Positions 10,990 through 23,800 are shown, counted from the whole stretch's first letter. The stretch: DNA of 63,866 bases, filler included, from Phoronis australis (GCA_002633005.1; 7 parts of 7 records of this genome joined end to end with filler, not necessarily neighbours in it), one strand, 5' to 3'. The notes: generated from the sequence alone by a model not told the origin. A program made the numbers and translations.

Positions 10990-13425
10990 AGCGTGCCAAT
11001 TTGACAAGCTTAGTAAACGCTCTAGACGGAGCGGCTGTTATCCCGCCTTACGACCACTGTCGATTATGACATTGGTCTCCACTTGCTCTGTACCTAGATG
11101 GGGAATGATTTTTGGGCCATGGGAGAACTGACGGTTTCCGTTGTGCTCGAGACCTTGCTCGTTAGATACCGTTATACGCCGTGTCAAGCCAACTTATGGA
11201 GCTTTATAACTTTACCCGCGAAGCCCGAGAATCGCCTCTAATCGGAGTAAGGAACAAATTAACACCAGATTTATAGCGGTGTAAATGTTTTTGCGAATGG
11301 AGGGTTTATAGGGATTTAATAAACGGGTAGGGGAAAGATTACCCGCCTATACCCACCCACAGGACCCACAATGTTTATAAATGAGGAAGTGATTAGGCTA
11401 AATAACGCCCTTGCGTCTCCGGAGTGTTCATTGGGCATTTTTGGTGAATTAAACAAAAACAAGTCGTAGCGTCCTTTTAAAATTTTAAATTCTGCAAACT
11501 GAAAACCTAGCAATCACATTTGATTTTAGGTTTGCCTAGCTGCTTTTTGGACGATGTAAAAGACAGAGACTTTTCCTTCCTGGTCTATATCGGTGATGAT
11601 AATTCTCAATTAACATGTCTGAAACTGTGCAAGGAAAGGGGGAACCATTATGCTGCTCTACAGGGAGGAAACGGATGTTACTGTGATGATAATTACGGGA
11701 AACATGGACCGGCGTCCGACTCAGAGTGTGGAATCCCGTGCACGGCAGACAGATCTATCTCATGCGGAGGCTTTTCAAGAAACTGGGTTATATCTACCAA
11801 AGGTAATGACTACTGCAGACGCTAATAATAGTGACGAAAAGTGTGACGTCACATATAACAAACGTGTCTCTGTTGTGACTGCATGGAGTTCGTAAGTTTA
11901 CCCAAGTTGGCAAAACGCTTTCCTCGTGTTTTTTCATTCACGTATTGTGGTTAATGATGGGCCAGCGTCAAAAATAGCACGTGTGGAGTTCTTCAAAATA
12001 TGCAAAATATTTCTCGATGAACCAGCTTCAACCTTGCACGTTTCTCTCACCGTTTGATGGTTACATTCCAAACCACTAAATTTCCATAAAAATCTTCTGA
12101 GGACATTTTTACACTCGCCGCCTCAGCAGAGCAACAATGAATCCATACCTTCCACTCTTTGAAGTACCCGAAGCTAATCCTCTGTTGCAGCAAAATTACT
12201 CATATCAGAGCAACGTGAAGCGTTGGTATACGTCCATATATTTTTAGGGGTGTTTATCAGTTTCAAAACACGGGCAGCGAAGCACTGAAATTAGTGAGAG
12301 GGCTGTAGACTCCCCCCCCCCTCCCCCCACCCCCGATGGTGCGCTGCGCTGCCCATGTCACAGCACGTACTAGGCATCCACAAAATTAGCAGGACAAACA
12401 AAAGAACAACCATGAGATTCGGCAAAGACAAACACAAAATGCTATAACGGCCACAGCACTCGTTGTAATCTGCTCAAAGTTGGTAGCCGTCATCAAAATG
12501 GAACGGCCACTAGGGGTCGCTGCAGTAATCAAATCCCCAGACAAACTGGTACCAGTCCTTCACTGTCACATATCTGTGTCAAAGTTTCATTGAAATCTGC
12601 AAGTCGATTGTCTAGATATCATCCAGAAACGTCTTGCCCAAAAATGTTGGAAATTGCAGAGAATTAAATAGTTGACATGAGGTTGCTTCTTAACTCACGC
12701 TCAAAAATGGTGAAACTCTTTGGGGGTACTCGGAGGCAGATGCCCACAATAAGTTGCAGGACCTAAAATAAAGCGTGCCAATTTGACAAGCTTAGTAAAC
12801 GCTCTTGACGGAGCGGCTGTTATCCCGCCTTACGACCACTGTCGATTATGACATAGGTCTCCACTTGCTCTGTACCTAGATGGGGAATGATTTTTGGGCT
12901 ATGGGAGAACTGACAGTTCCCTTGTGCTCGAGACCTTGCTCGTTAGATACAATTACACGCCGTGTCAAGCCAACTTATGGAGTCTTATTTTAAGTAATAA
13001 CGTTACCGAAGCCCGGGAATCGCCTCTAATCCGAGTAAGGAACAAATTAAAACCAGATTTATAGCGATGTAAATGTTTTTACGAACGGAGGGTTTATAGG
13101 GCCTTAATAAACGGTTAGGGGAAAGATTACCCGCCTATACCCACCTACAGGACCCACATTGTTTATACACAAGGAAATGATTAGGCTAAATAACGCCCCT
13201 ACGTCTCGGGAGTTCGCATTGTGCATTTTTGGTGAATTAAACAAAAAACAAGGCGTAACGTCCTTTTACAATTTTAATTTCTGCAACCAGAAACGTCTTT
13301 CCCAAAAATGTTGGAAATTGCATAGAATTAAATAGTTGACATGAGGTTGCTTCTTAACTCACGCTCAAAAAATGACGAAACTCTTTGGGTAGTACTCGGA
13401 GGCAGGTGCCCCCAATAAGTTGCAG
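10990..13425 (+). repeat. Local tandem duplication A-[WSC]-B / A'-B'
   Basis: A (10990-11497) matches A' (12772-13286). B (12623-12759) matches B' (13287-13425). A' joins B' directly. Confidence 0.92.
11530..11802 (+). CDS. WSC-domain exon (symmetric phase 1-1); parent gene uncertain
   Basis: Translation SCFLDDVKDRDF..TCLKLCKERGNHYAALQGGNGCYCDDNYGKHGPASDSECGIPCTADRSISCGGFSRNWV has the WSC cysteine pattern. Acceptor tttag|GT at 11529/11530, donor AAAG|gtaatg at 11802/11803. It is 273 nt with no stops. Confidence 0.85.
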
Positions 13426-16117
13426 TGCGTTCACTGAAACTTTACTCGACAGCGACCGCGGTAAGAAATTGGCGATTACTACGACAGTTGAGGAATCAGT
13501 GGGGTCCAAAGTAGTGCAGGCGATGGAGGTGTTCTAAAATTGGTTTCTAGCGGAGAATAAAACCACGTGATGTATCGGGGGTCAATTACTCTCTGGAAGT
13601 CACGTAATGACTGAAGTCTAGACATGCTCAAATAACATTCTCCTCCGAGGGCGAGTTTCGGATGTCTTCGAAGGTGAACGAGCTTCTGTGTGCTTTAGTT
13701 ATGTGACTATCAAACTGGAAAATAACTGGCCGTAAGACATAGACAGATAACGTTCACCTCCGAGATGAAATATGAGGCTACAAAAATACGCAAAGTATTA
13801 CAAATGCACAAAAAGCCTTTCGGAATTGCTTCGACAGTGTCCAGGATTTTCGCAGAAATCAAACTACATATCCTGCATAGCCGCATTAGTTGTTTTGCGT
13901 TTCTTATGAAAATTTTGTCACGCCAAGACACCATTCAAAGACAATTTAATGCAATCATTGAAAATTTGATTTATTTGATACTAATTTTGTAGATGTCAAT
14001 GACAATTTGAGAAGATAATTCCGAGCACACTCTGTCCAACCTTGATGTTTATGTTACAGTATTATGATTAGTGAATGTGAGGAACAATTAGATTCAACCA
14101 GTGCCTGTGCTCCAAATCTCAAAAAAATTGTCAACTTTTCAGTCGTTGCAGAGACACCAATTTGCTTCGAAAACGGCGCAGAGTTTGACAGAAGCTTGGA
14201 AAAGACCACCGGAGTACAGTTGTACGCTTTACGAAGTGTGTCACTGTTTGACCGAGTGCCGGCTATTGGTGTTGGCGTCAAAGTTATTCTTAAATTCGAG
14301 TTCATTCCCCACGATACGCTATGTCTAGTTTCGTGCAAACGCGTCACGTGTTGCGCGTATGCCGTCTATCTCCCGTGTGGAATGTGTGTCTTGCTGCGCA
14401 ATGGTTAAGGGCACACACACAATGAGACTTTTATTCTAATGAAATCGATCTCATGATACCTCTTACCGTGATAGGATTCTATTTCCACTACGTTTAGCGC
14501 TGTGTTGAATAATAGATTGACTCAATTTGTAGATGAGGTTTGTGATTTGGTGGGTAGTACTCTTTCATACAAATTACGACAATCGAGCAAAATATTTCAA
14601 AAGAACATTATCAACGTTTGGAAAGTCACAGTTTTGGGGAAATAGTACTAAGTTGACACTGTTTCTTTGCTTTTACGATTCAAATTCAACTAGACGACAC
14701 GGCAAAAATAAATTTGGAACTGCAGACATGATAAAATAGCTAAAGACGGTTTGGTGCAAACTTTAGCAGTAGTAGAACTGTACACTTGGCATTCAGGAGC
14801 GTAGTCTAACGCATTGTTCATGATACAAAGACCCTCCCTTCCCCAGTGGCTCACCAGCAGCTTGCCTGCAAATCACCCTGACACTGAGGTCGCTCCCTCT
14901 AGTGAGAATGTTCAGTAATCTTCTCTTGTATCTGCGATATGTGCGATACAGAAGGTGGGCGCATATTTTTATTTTATGCAACTGTTGTGTTTCGTCTTTT
15001 CCATCACAACCTCGTCGTTTTCATTCACGAGCCATTTGGAGGAGCTCATCCACGGTCCGTCCTCCTTGTTTGAAGGTCAGTGATGTCTATTTTAAGATCA
15101 CGCCTGTTAGAAATTTTCAATACTTACGACTACTTTTCGTGAAGGCGCCATCTACTGTCCATTCTAAGTTTGCCAGACTAGCAATGCGTGGCGAAAGTTT
15201 TTGAATGGCGGGAGACTTCTGGCTAAATAACCTTGTGATGTTGTGACCCAACAAGATGTTCGACGGTGTACCATTCGTTGCCTGTAAAATGCAATGTCTG
15301 TCAAAACTTTGCTATGAATTCATGTTCTGTACAAAACTAGCAGAAACTGTTAAATTTTTTAAAACAACAATGCATCACGGAAACAAAGCATAAAAGAGTT
15401 GTTTTATTCAACTCAATTTCATCTCAGATTTCAAAAACTGTTTTAGGTTTATTGGACCGAAAATATTTTTTTTCAAATTCACAATGTTACTTAGATGTAT
15501 AAAATATATCCCAAACGTTTCCATACGACGATTGCAGAGGAATGCACCGCAAACGTATCATGTATGGCAGAAAAGTGTCAAAATACGATAGAATTGAAAG
15601 AGCTAGCCAGTCCTTCCAAATTGTGGCAAGCGATCTCTGAGCTGTTGTAGATGGTTGAAACCGGGGACTAGGGGCTCGTTTCACACAATGTCGTAAGTCT
15701 GGCTGTAGCTCAGACGGTCGTATCTTCAATTTAATTGGCAAACAATTCACTGGTTAATGAAAGTGGGCTTTACACTTGAATGTGAACTACGGTCACGTTT
15801 GTGTTAAAAGCAAGGTTTCGACCTTATAAAAACGCAGTGTTGCTATCGCAATAGCGACTGTCATAGCTAGAGTTTAGAAGATCGGATGCGAATTTGGCGT
15901 TTGTTGGTCAGGTACTGGGGTTTTAGGGGGTTGCAGTTGTTATTTAGAGGTGTGGGCATGAAAACGTTTCCGCCCCATCTAATATTCGCAAAAAATAAAC
16001 TTAGTTGTAAAGTTGTAAAAGCTGACTCACCATGTTAGGTCCAAATTTACCCGCACATCTAGTGGTTCTATTTTAGTGTAATTCGGAGGCTCGATATTCA
16101 TAAATGGGGATAGTGTG

Positions 16118-17466
16118 CAGTGGCGGATCTACGGGGGGGTTTCAGGGGGTTTAACCCTACCCCCCCTTTGGGCCAGGACCCAAAAATAAAAAAACAAAAC
16201 AAAAACGTCTTCAGCAAAACAAAAACGGCACCGCTAGCGTGTGTAAACCTCAAGTAAACCAACTTGGAAAAAATTGAGGGGGGGGGTTCACTCTGAAAAT
16301 ATAATTGTTTGCATTGTGAATTGCTGAGTCTTCGTGGCTCATCGGCAAAACGCGCGGAGATCAATTGTGCGTGCGCTTCCGTCGACACTTCTTAAGTAGC
16401 CAAGCATTTTAGATAGATCCACCGCTGAAAGAGCAGCTCTATAGCCCATTTCTTAAGGTGACTAGCTTCTTTACTCTAAGATATGTTTTGATTTGATTAG
16501 GGGAAATACTGTGGTGCCGCAACCCTGATATTCAGGCGAATTGACATGCAACGTTTTTACCTCATCTGTCATGCCGTGTCATTCTATTACACTCCACACG
16601 TTTGTAACTAATGTATAGTAAAGTTGTCTTGCGTATCATACAGTGTACACGTACATGTAATATTTTTGAAAAAAATTATATTCTTTTTCCGAAGAATTGC
16701 TATTGTGGCAGGCGCCGTGGTCTGGTCGCGAGTCCGTTTGAAGATAGAGTCTAACAAGTTATGTCTATACAAGGAATGACCAGGAGGCAGTGTGGCCTGG
16801 TTGATAAGTGCCCGCTTTCTTTACTCGAGGTCGTGGGTTCAAGTCCCACCAGGTCACACTGCTAAACCCTTGAGCCAGGTTTCTAGCTCCTCAGCTCGGT
16901 TATAACCATATATTAATAAAGCATAAAAATACTTCCAGGTGATCAGTGCTACGGGCCCACATGCGAGGCCTGCGCACGTCTGGTACAACGTGTATCAGAC
17001 CGCCTGCAATTATTTTTTTTAAGGAATGACCAAGGGGGCACTCACATTGACAAAGTGACCGCATTCGTGAACAGTGTACAGTACCAGAAACTGCGGGGAG
17101 GCTGTTCTTTCACAACAAAGTCTTGCGGGACTCGTGCGATGTTCAATAGGCCTGCTAAGGAGCCCTAGTTCCGACCTCAACACCTACCGTATTTGTACCT
17201 GCAATAAGCACACTCAGCCGTGTTCTATACTGGGAATTTCCGCAGAAAGGCCCACCCGATGAAATGCTCATGCCCATGGGCATTTATTTGATGTTAGTAC
17301 TTCGGGTTTCAAGCGTTCAGACATTGGGACGTTTATTTCGAAAATTGCAAGAGATGCAAATAGGTCCTGGGATACATCGTCAAGGTTTGAAGTAGTCTAT
17401 GATGAACGGATCAAATTTAGTTGCGCATCTAAGTCTTTTGAATGGACTTGGCGGCCACGTAGGTCC
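16118..17466 (-). repeat. Arm 2 of the inverted duplication: MITE 16118-16427, SINE insertion and hAT remnant
   Basis: It is the reverse complement of 1520-2645 plus an extra 250 bp (SINE plus one TSD copy). The inner end is an intact MITE terminus cagtggcggatcta, paired with tagatccaccgctg at 16414-16427. Confidence 0.93.
16783..17020 (+). mobile_element. tRNA-derived SINE, 238 bp, with 12-bp TSD
   Basis: A-box TGGCCTGGTTGA at 16793-16804 and B-box GGTTCAAGTCC at 16836-16846, the latter inside a GTGGG/CCCAC T-stem. T-rich tail. TSD aaggaatgacca at 16771-16782 and 17021-17032. The empty site is at ~1965-1976 in the other arm. Confidence 0.92.
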
Positions 17467-20117
17467 CGTGATGTGGTCAACAGATGACGTGCTGGCAAGA
17501 CTTAAATGTTTGCAAGATGAGAAAGTGTTTCTGGACCTGGAAAGAACTAGCAGTTTGTTAGTGCTTGTGACGTCACTGTGCTTGGCACTTTTAATGATCC
17601 GCCGTAACAAGCCTAGCTTACAGAGCCTGGTCTCAAGCAATAACGAAGAGTCAGTTTTTTCCAAGCCCTAGAATTGCCTTAGAATTGACTAAGGAAAAAT
17701 TTGGGCCAATTTCGTTACTGTAAAAGCTGTCTAAATCATTTTGTTTAAGACGGAAGGCGGGTTTATAGTAACTTTTCCGTCTGAACAGAGTGGGAGAAGG
17801 CAACAGACCGGTGAATGCGTTTGTGGCTGTGGTTTCAAGCGGGTTCCACGTGATTACCTGGCTGACTGATGCATTTCTACGAGGTTTCGTAAAAACAAGA
17901 ATCTCGCTGAGGAAGCTAGTTATGGTCACGTGCTTCGCGTGCAATATATGGCGATATCTCGCGAAATCTTATATTACGAGTTATCGCTATTCTCGCAAGA
18001 AAGTAAGTCCGGAACGCATGTCTGGTTATTTCACTAGCGTCACAGAGTGGAGAATTTTTTGATCACATACCTGTGGAACTTGATAAGTTGGGGAAGACTT
18101 TACTTTAACACTCGCAGGAGTTGCTTCATAGTCTAAGCTGTCATAGTCGTCATCATCTGTCGAACAAATCAGATGCGCAGTTAACGAAGCTTCTAATGAA
18201 CTATGCGTTAGAATATCCGGCACTGTTCAAGAATTTGATATTGAACGAAGTATTGATGGGTACTCTCTGTTTTTCCAGCAAAAGTTTTCAACATAACTGT
18301 TATCAGTGTTAATAAGAGACTAACAATTGCTAAAACATTTATTAATTCGGCAAAAGGTTAAAGGTGCATTTTATACCGATTCTAAAAAACTGCTCAAAGA
18401 AGCTGATAACGACTTTTTGGTGGTTTTCACACGGTGTTAACAGAATTATTGTAAATGTTCACAGGATACTAACAATTGTGAAAACAGTTATCAATGCGGG
18501 GAAAGGCGCAAGGAACATTTCTTTGTTCCTTGCTATTTTTACTAGATTTCAGACCAATTAATCTGATTTGATAGATCAATAAGATATCGACAAAAAAATT
18601 GTCAAAAATTTCCCGTTCACTGGCAGCACTACTTTGCCAAGGCGCCTTTTTCAATGCGGTCTCAAGTCACCAATCCACTTTTTGCACGTGATGTACGCCA
18701 ACCAGTCTAGCTTACAACAAAATACTGTTAGCTGCCGGTGTTTCAGTTCACGTCAGAACGAAGCCTAGTGCTCCGACAGCAATGCAACTTTATCGCCCGT
18801 TACCAGTTGGGTTACATTACGGCGTTTTTCCGTTGCTCCCAACTTGTTCCATTCTATAGCCCAGCAACAAGTTGGGAAGATCACCCCTGTAGCCAAAATC
18901 TTGCACGAGTGATTAACTCCATTCTGGCATTTCGTATAATTGGAGGACCGGCTCTCTTTTGTTGGATAATTGTTCAAATCTCCGATCAAATCATATCTAG
19001 CCTGACTGGGCTGTGCTGCTAAAAATGAAAGTTAAGCTATAACATATTTGAACACAAACCAATAGCATTTCTGAGTTCCTTGTCAAATGCTGATCATATT
19101 TAGTTTTTGAGTCGCCAGGAGTTAAGACAATCCATTCTGCCAGGTTTCAGTAACCCCTTGAAGCCTGGGAGATAATTTGGCATGCTTGTTGTCATACGGG
19201 ACAGTTATGCAGTGCTGGGAAGTTAACAAAGGAGCCAGATGTCATCGCACGTTCAGAACACCTCACGCACCCATGGAAAAGTTGCTAAACGACAGAACGA
19301 CGTCATGAGACAGCACTACTAGCCCGGGCCTGCATGTTAATGTCTCATAGGACCCGAGGCCGCCGGGGTTCGTACAGCCTTCCGCCGAACCCAGAAGGGG
19401 GGGGGGGGGGGGGGGCCTNGTCACTGAGGCATTTTCCCAGCTAAGCCTGGTAATTTGCGCTCTCACGTATCGTCTCGGGTGGATCCTTGTGATGATTACA
19501 TGCCTGTGTCGGTGGTGTCGACGAGTAGGCGAATGAGTCGGCGGGCGACGTGCAGCGAGGCATGAGGTGAGCCGGGCTGGAGTAATTGGCAAAACTTGTA
19601 TATGGGATTGTTTCTATGTTATTTGGTGTTGCACTACAAACATCCATTTTCCCAGATTTTGCGCTCATCTGACGGGAATTCGAATGTACGGCGTCACCTA
19701 CGTTTTGCAAGCCCCGCCGGGACTACGCCGGAGGAGTGGGTAGTTGCCCAAGTCCTCCGGATGAGCGGCATTCCTCGGTTATCAGTGGCTATAGATGTGT
19801 ATTGCAGACTTGGTAAACGAAGTTGGCTCCCGCAACACCGGCAGTAGCCTCACAAGGCCCGACGTAATACCACTGCATGATTACCGTAATAGGCCTACCA
19901 CAAATAATGAATGCGAAGACAGCTAAATGAACCAGCGGCACACCAACACCGCCTCTCGCGCTGACTTCCAGATCTAGTGCTCGCGGATATGACACGGTTT
20001 AGGCCAGGCACAATGTTGAATTTAATACAAATATTTTGACCTAGTCTCATATAGCTTCCTGGCTGGCTTATCACATGGTCTCCTGACTAAAATCATCGAA
20101 AGGATACATGCACTTAC

Positions 20118-20274
20118 CTCCAAGCGGCTCTCTGACTGGCCATTCCAATGGGAATTTTCGACAGTGATGTGACCAGTAATATGTGATAACGGACGTGTAG
20201 ACGATCACAAATAAAAGGCAATACTTATGAGATTTCCACTTGATTCGAGCACAACTTCGTATTATGTCCATCAC
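20118..20274 (-). CDS. Probable first coding exon of a type II Golgi membrane protein, likely the MGAT4-like gene
   Basis: MMDIIRSCARIKWKSHKYCLLFVIVYTSVITYYWSHHCRKFPLEWPVREPL has a basic tail followed by one hydrophobic anchor. Donor GAG|gtaagt at 20118/20117 is phase 1, matching the phase-1 MGAT4 acceptor. The linkage is inferred. Confidence 0.55.
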
Positions 20275-20559
20275 ATTATTAACTAGGTCACGACGCAGGT
20301 ATGAATTGACCTAATTTCGTGTCAAGCCCATCAAATGCACTCCACTGGACTTCTTGTGTATAAGTGGCGACCTGTTTGTGAGTGGGTGCGGCCGTTTTCG
20401 AACCGACGACTAGTGGAGTCAAACAGAAATTCAATTTTCTTAGAAATAACTTAGTGATTTCTATAAAGTCGTCCACTGCCGCTGTTGCACGAAGGGAAAC
20501 AAATTTGGTTCCATTCATCTCTGCAGTGTAAAACTACGAACAATCCGTCGTTATCGACA

Positions 20560-20846
20560 TGTCTATGCATTTAGCCAAATACACATTTAACTCAATAAAA
20601 GCAAATATCTTATGAAAGTAAAAAGCCTGTTGAATATGATTTTTGAAGCCACACGAATCTACCAGTAAATGAGTCACGTAACAAATCAATGTCTGTTTGG
20701 ATCGAAAATTTAGAAAGCTGCATCTGAACAAAGCAGTAACGCCGAAAATTTCGTTTGTGGGATGTAAATGGGCATAGAAATCTCAAGGGCTATTACTGCT
20801 TTTTAAATTATGATTTCGTTTTTTCTGAAGTCCAACATAACCTTAA
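20560..20846 (-). mobile_element. End of a TTAA|GGTTATG-terminus (Kolobok-like) element; same terminus at 31157 and 46819
   Basis: Reverse complement ttaa-ggttatgttggacttcagaaaaa, compared with ttaa-ggttatgctggaccctagaaaag (31157) and ttaa-ggttatgcaggaccttagaaaaa (46819). The inner boundary is a guess. Confidence 0.5.
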
Positions 20847-23800
20847 AATGGATTTCCCTTGATATTATGCACGCGAGTCAAAGACATTTTTATAAGACAA
20901 AAAGATGATTATTAAAAACCAAATATTTATTTTGTGAGCTATTATATAGTGATCACAGCTGTTTGTCTTCAGAAGAGTAACAGTGGGCTGGCTTGAAGCA
21001 AAAAATACGAGGACCGTGAAAAAAGTGGTCCCAAGGGTCACTGAAAAATTATCCGAGTCGTTTTCAACGTTTGAGGAGAAGGCCCCGCCGACCCTGAAGG
21101 AAGTTCACATTCCTCGAGAGCGACGCGTGCGGAGTGCTGAATGTGGTGGCGCAAATTTGTTGATTTCGCACGACAACTGTTGAGATGGCTGAGAGAGAAT
21201 TGGCCAAGATTCCGATGAACGAACGCCACAGACTACCGCCGGAAGAGACTGAGGTGACGCTGATTGAACTTGTGCTCACTGTCAAGGTCCAACTTCGCTC
21301 AATGGTGTGCCAAGGAAGGGCAAGAGGGGATGGCCATGGAAGTAACTCTCAATTTTCAGCGTCGCCTCGAGCGCCGTCAACAATTTTTGGCTTCCGCCAT
21401 CAACAGTTTCGCTCCCCTCAATAAATTTTGCACTTCACGCACTCTAGAGCCTGGAGCACGTGGCAACCCTTATATTAAAATTAAACAAACTGCCATCGTT
21501 TAGAAGTTAGCTACACTAAACCATTGGAAATGTTTACACTCACCTCCACTCGCCTCCAACAGGCTTGGAGGGACAGTGGGTCCACTGAGACTGGCTAAAC
21601 AGTTCCTGTTATCAGAAAAACGCAATCATAAGCAGTAAAGCAAACTGAGTGGAACGAGGGAAGTGGTGTTGGGAACAGTACGTCTATTTGAAGTTTTAAT
21701 GATAATTAAGTTAGTTACGCACTGCAAAATCAGTTGACATTGCGAGTGAACGTTGAAATAGCTAATATAGTTAAGGATTGTATAGGTTATGAGTACCGAA
21801 AACAAGTTTTCACCGAATAATTAACCGAAGACTGTGAGATTTTCACTTGTCCCAGTTTAATCGGCTTTTTCTCGGCTTCGCCAAATCGACTTTATTTGAG
21901 CTTAGGAACACTAGTTCTCGAAAACGGCTTGATGGATTTCGCTGAAACTTTCCCAACTGAATATCAATCTCAAAAAGCTTGTTAGGATTTTTGATATAAC
22001 GGCTTAGTTTTTGCGTAATGTGACAAAGACGAATACGACTTCAATTTTTTACAAAAATACCTTTGCGAGTTGATTTGTCACAGAAAGCAAATGAACAGAC
22101 TAATCGAAAATTCCTAACACCGTTTTTGAGGTTTCAATAAAGTCGACCGGGGGGTTATTTTGCTATGAATGTACCTTTCTTAAAAATGAAATAAAAGATT
22201 TTTACGTAAAAATAATAATGGCACATTAATACAAAAAGTATATTTACATTTCCTACACCTTCAGGTCCGCTGTGAACTGTGGGTCTGTGCCTTTTTAGTG
22301 GACTTTCGTTTCGTTTTCTCGGATTTTTTGTTTCTCTGAGGCGGACCTTTTTACCCACTTCACGAAATGGGAGGCTCGTTCGAGCCCCGAGCTCCCCTGG
22401 GTGCGCGCATGCATACTTAGCTGTGTCGGCAATGTGTCAGGGTAAAGTTTGTCTCAGCAGTGAATTATTTGTCTTCAGTTTTATTTATTACGAGAGTTCT
22501 TCTGTACCGCTCGTATAGAAGATCTCTGATATCATTTATTTCAACTGCTTAGGCTACATTTGTTGGTGCTTAAAAATAGTTAAGCCTAGGCCTACTCAAT
22601 TCTGTTCATTGATTTGAAATGCGTGGGCACGAGGCCTCACTGTCTCATTCAATCAGATACTAGTCGCGCCTTGATTTGAATAAAATCGAGGGACAAATTT
22701 AGAAAACGTAATGACCGATAGTTTGTCTTATTGGGTTGGGCAAACCAGAAACAAGACATTATGGTTTTTCGACCTGGTAACCAGAAACCGTCTTAGAGAG
22801 TTAGCGTTACCAGTATCCCGCCGTTAACGTATTGGCCTAACTAAATTTCACCATCAGATGTCAGGTCAGTTTATCTCAAGTGTGCGCTGATAATAGAAAC
22901 ATCACTTAAGTTAACATGTGATAGGTGTTCCAAAGAGCTCTATTTATCTCATTGTTTGTGCCAAGTTTGTGCTGGTGTTTTTTTTTTTAATTCTCTTGAA
23001 ACTCAATATCGGTTAGAACGTTCATAATGAAGCTATAAGCGGTTTAAAGTTCCTTTTTGGTTGTGTTTTGAACTTATGATTCTGAATTCTACAACTTCAT
23101 AGCTCAGTGGATTCACTCAGCGACTCACGACACTAATTTAGACAGGTTACATGTCTAACTCACGACTACAGAAAGTTTGAGTAAGTAGGACAGTGTCTGT
23201 GAGTGGCTCTTTTTCACCATGTGCGTTTGGATTCCCTTTTCAACGTTCATTTTCCACGTCTTCGTCTGTTCATGGACATCTGTTAAACCGACCGTGGTCT
23301 GTCAAGGAGTGTTTAACTACTTTAACTGTTGTATTGTGTCTTTATTTTGCTTTTGACCTTGGCGTATTGTACAGTGTTATACCCTGTCATTTCCCTTTGG
23401 TTTAATTTATCGACATTTGCCCCGTCCATTAAGCTCAATCATACTAAATGACATTCATTTCCACTAGACAACCGAAAGGGGGGACTCTGTTCATATCTTC
23501 GCAAGAATACACTAAGTTATAAAGTTGACTAGAAGAACAAATTGTCGATTTCTTGATGTATGTTCATGCAACAGAGGCGACAAATACTGTGGTATCGCTC
23601 AATTTTTTACTCATCTAGCATGGGGCTTCTGTACTCTATATTCAGCTTTGGGTAATATTGAAATGTCAATATGAAGCACAGCATCTTGTTTTTTGTTTTA
23701 CTTTTTACTCACAACCTGGCAAGAGCTAACACTATTGTGCACTCTAGCCAGCCAGCTATGCTATATGTTATGTGTATGCGTAAATGTCTTATATGTGTAT

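Noticed and set aside
13710-14408. ORFs of 74-114 aa as real genes
   Set aside because: No motif, splice signals or frame continuity that I can support.
16783-16860. Functional tRNA gene
   Set aside because: The acceptor and anticodon stems do not pair well. It is the head of a TSD-flanked SINE.
1520-17466. A 16-kb Polinton/Maverick or other giant transposon with 1.1-kb TIRs carrying host genes
   Set aside because: There is no TSD or characteristic terminus at the outer ends, and no polymerase, integrase or capsid ORF. The hAT remnant continues past the outer end of arm 1, so the arms are pieces of a duplication.
9752-19419. A mis-oriented contig between N gaps as the explanation for the inverted WSC exon
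   Set aside because: The two sides of the 9752-9768 gap are halves of one MITE, with attcat duplicated on both flanks, so orientation is continuous at that gap. An assembly error elsewhere is not excluded.
20983-21503. Cluster of overlapping ORFs as a host gene
   Set aside because: No recognisable domain or consistent splice structure. It is more likely the interior of a transposon, which I could not classify.
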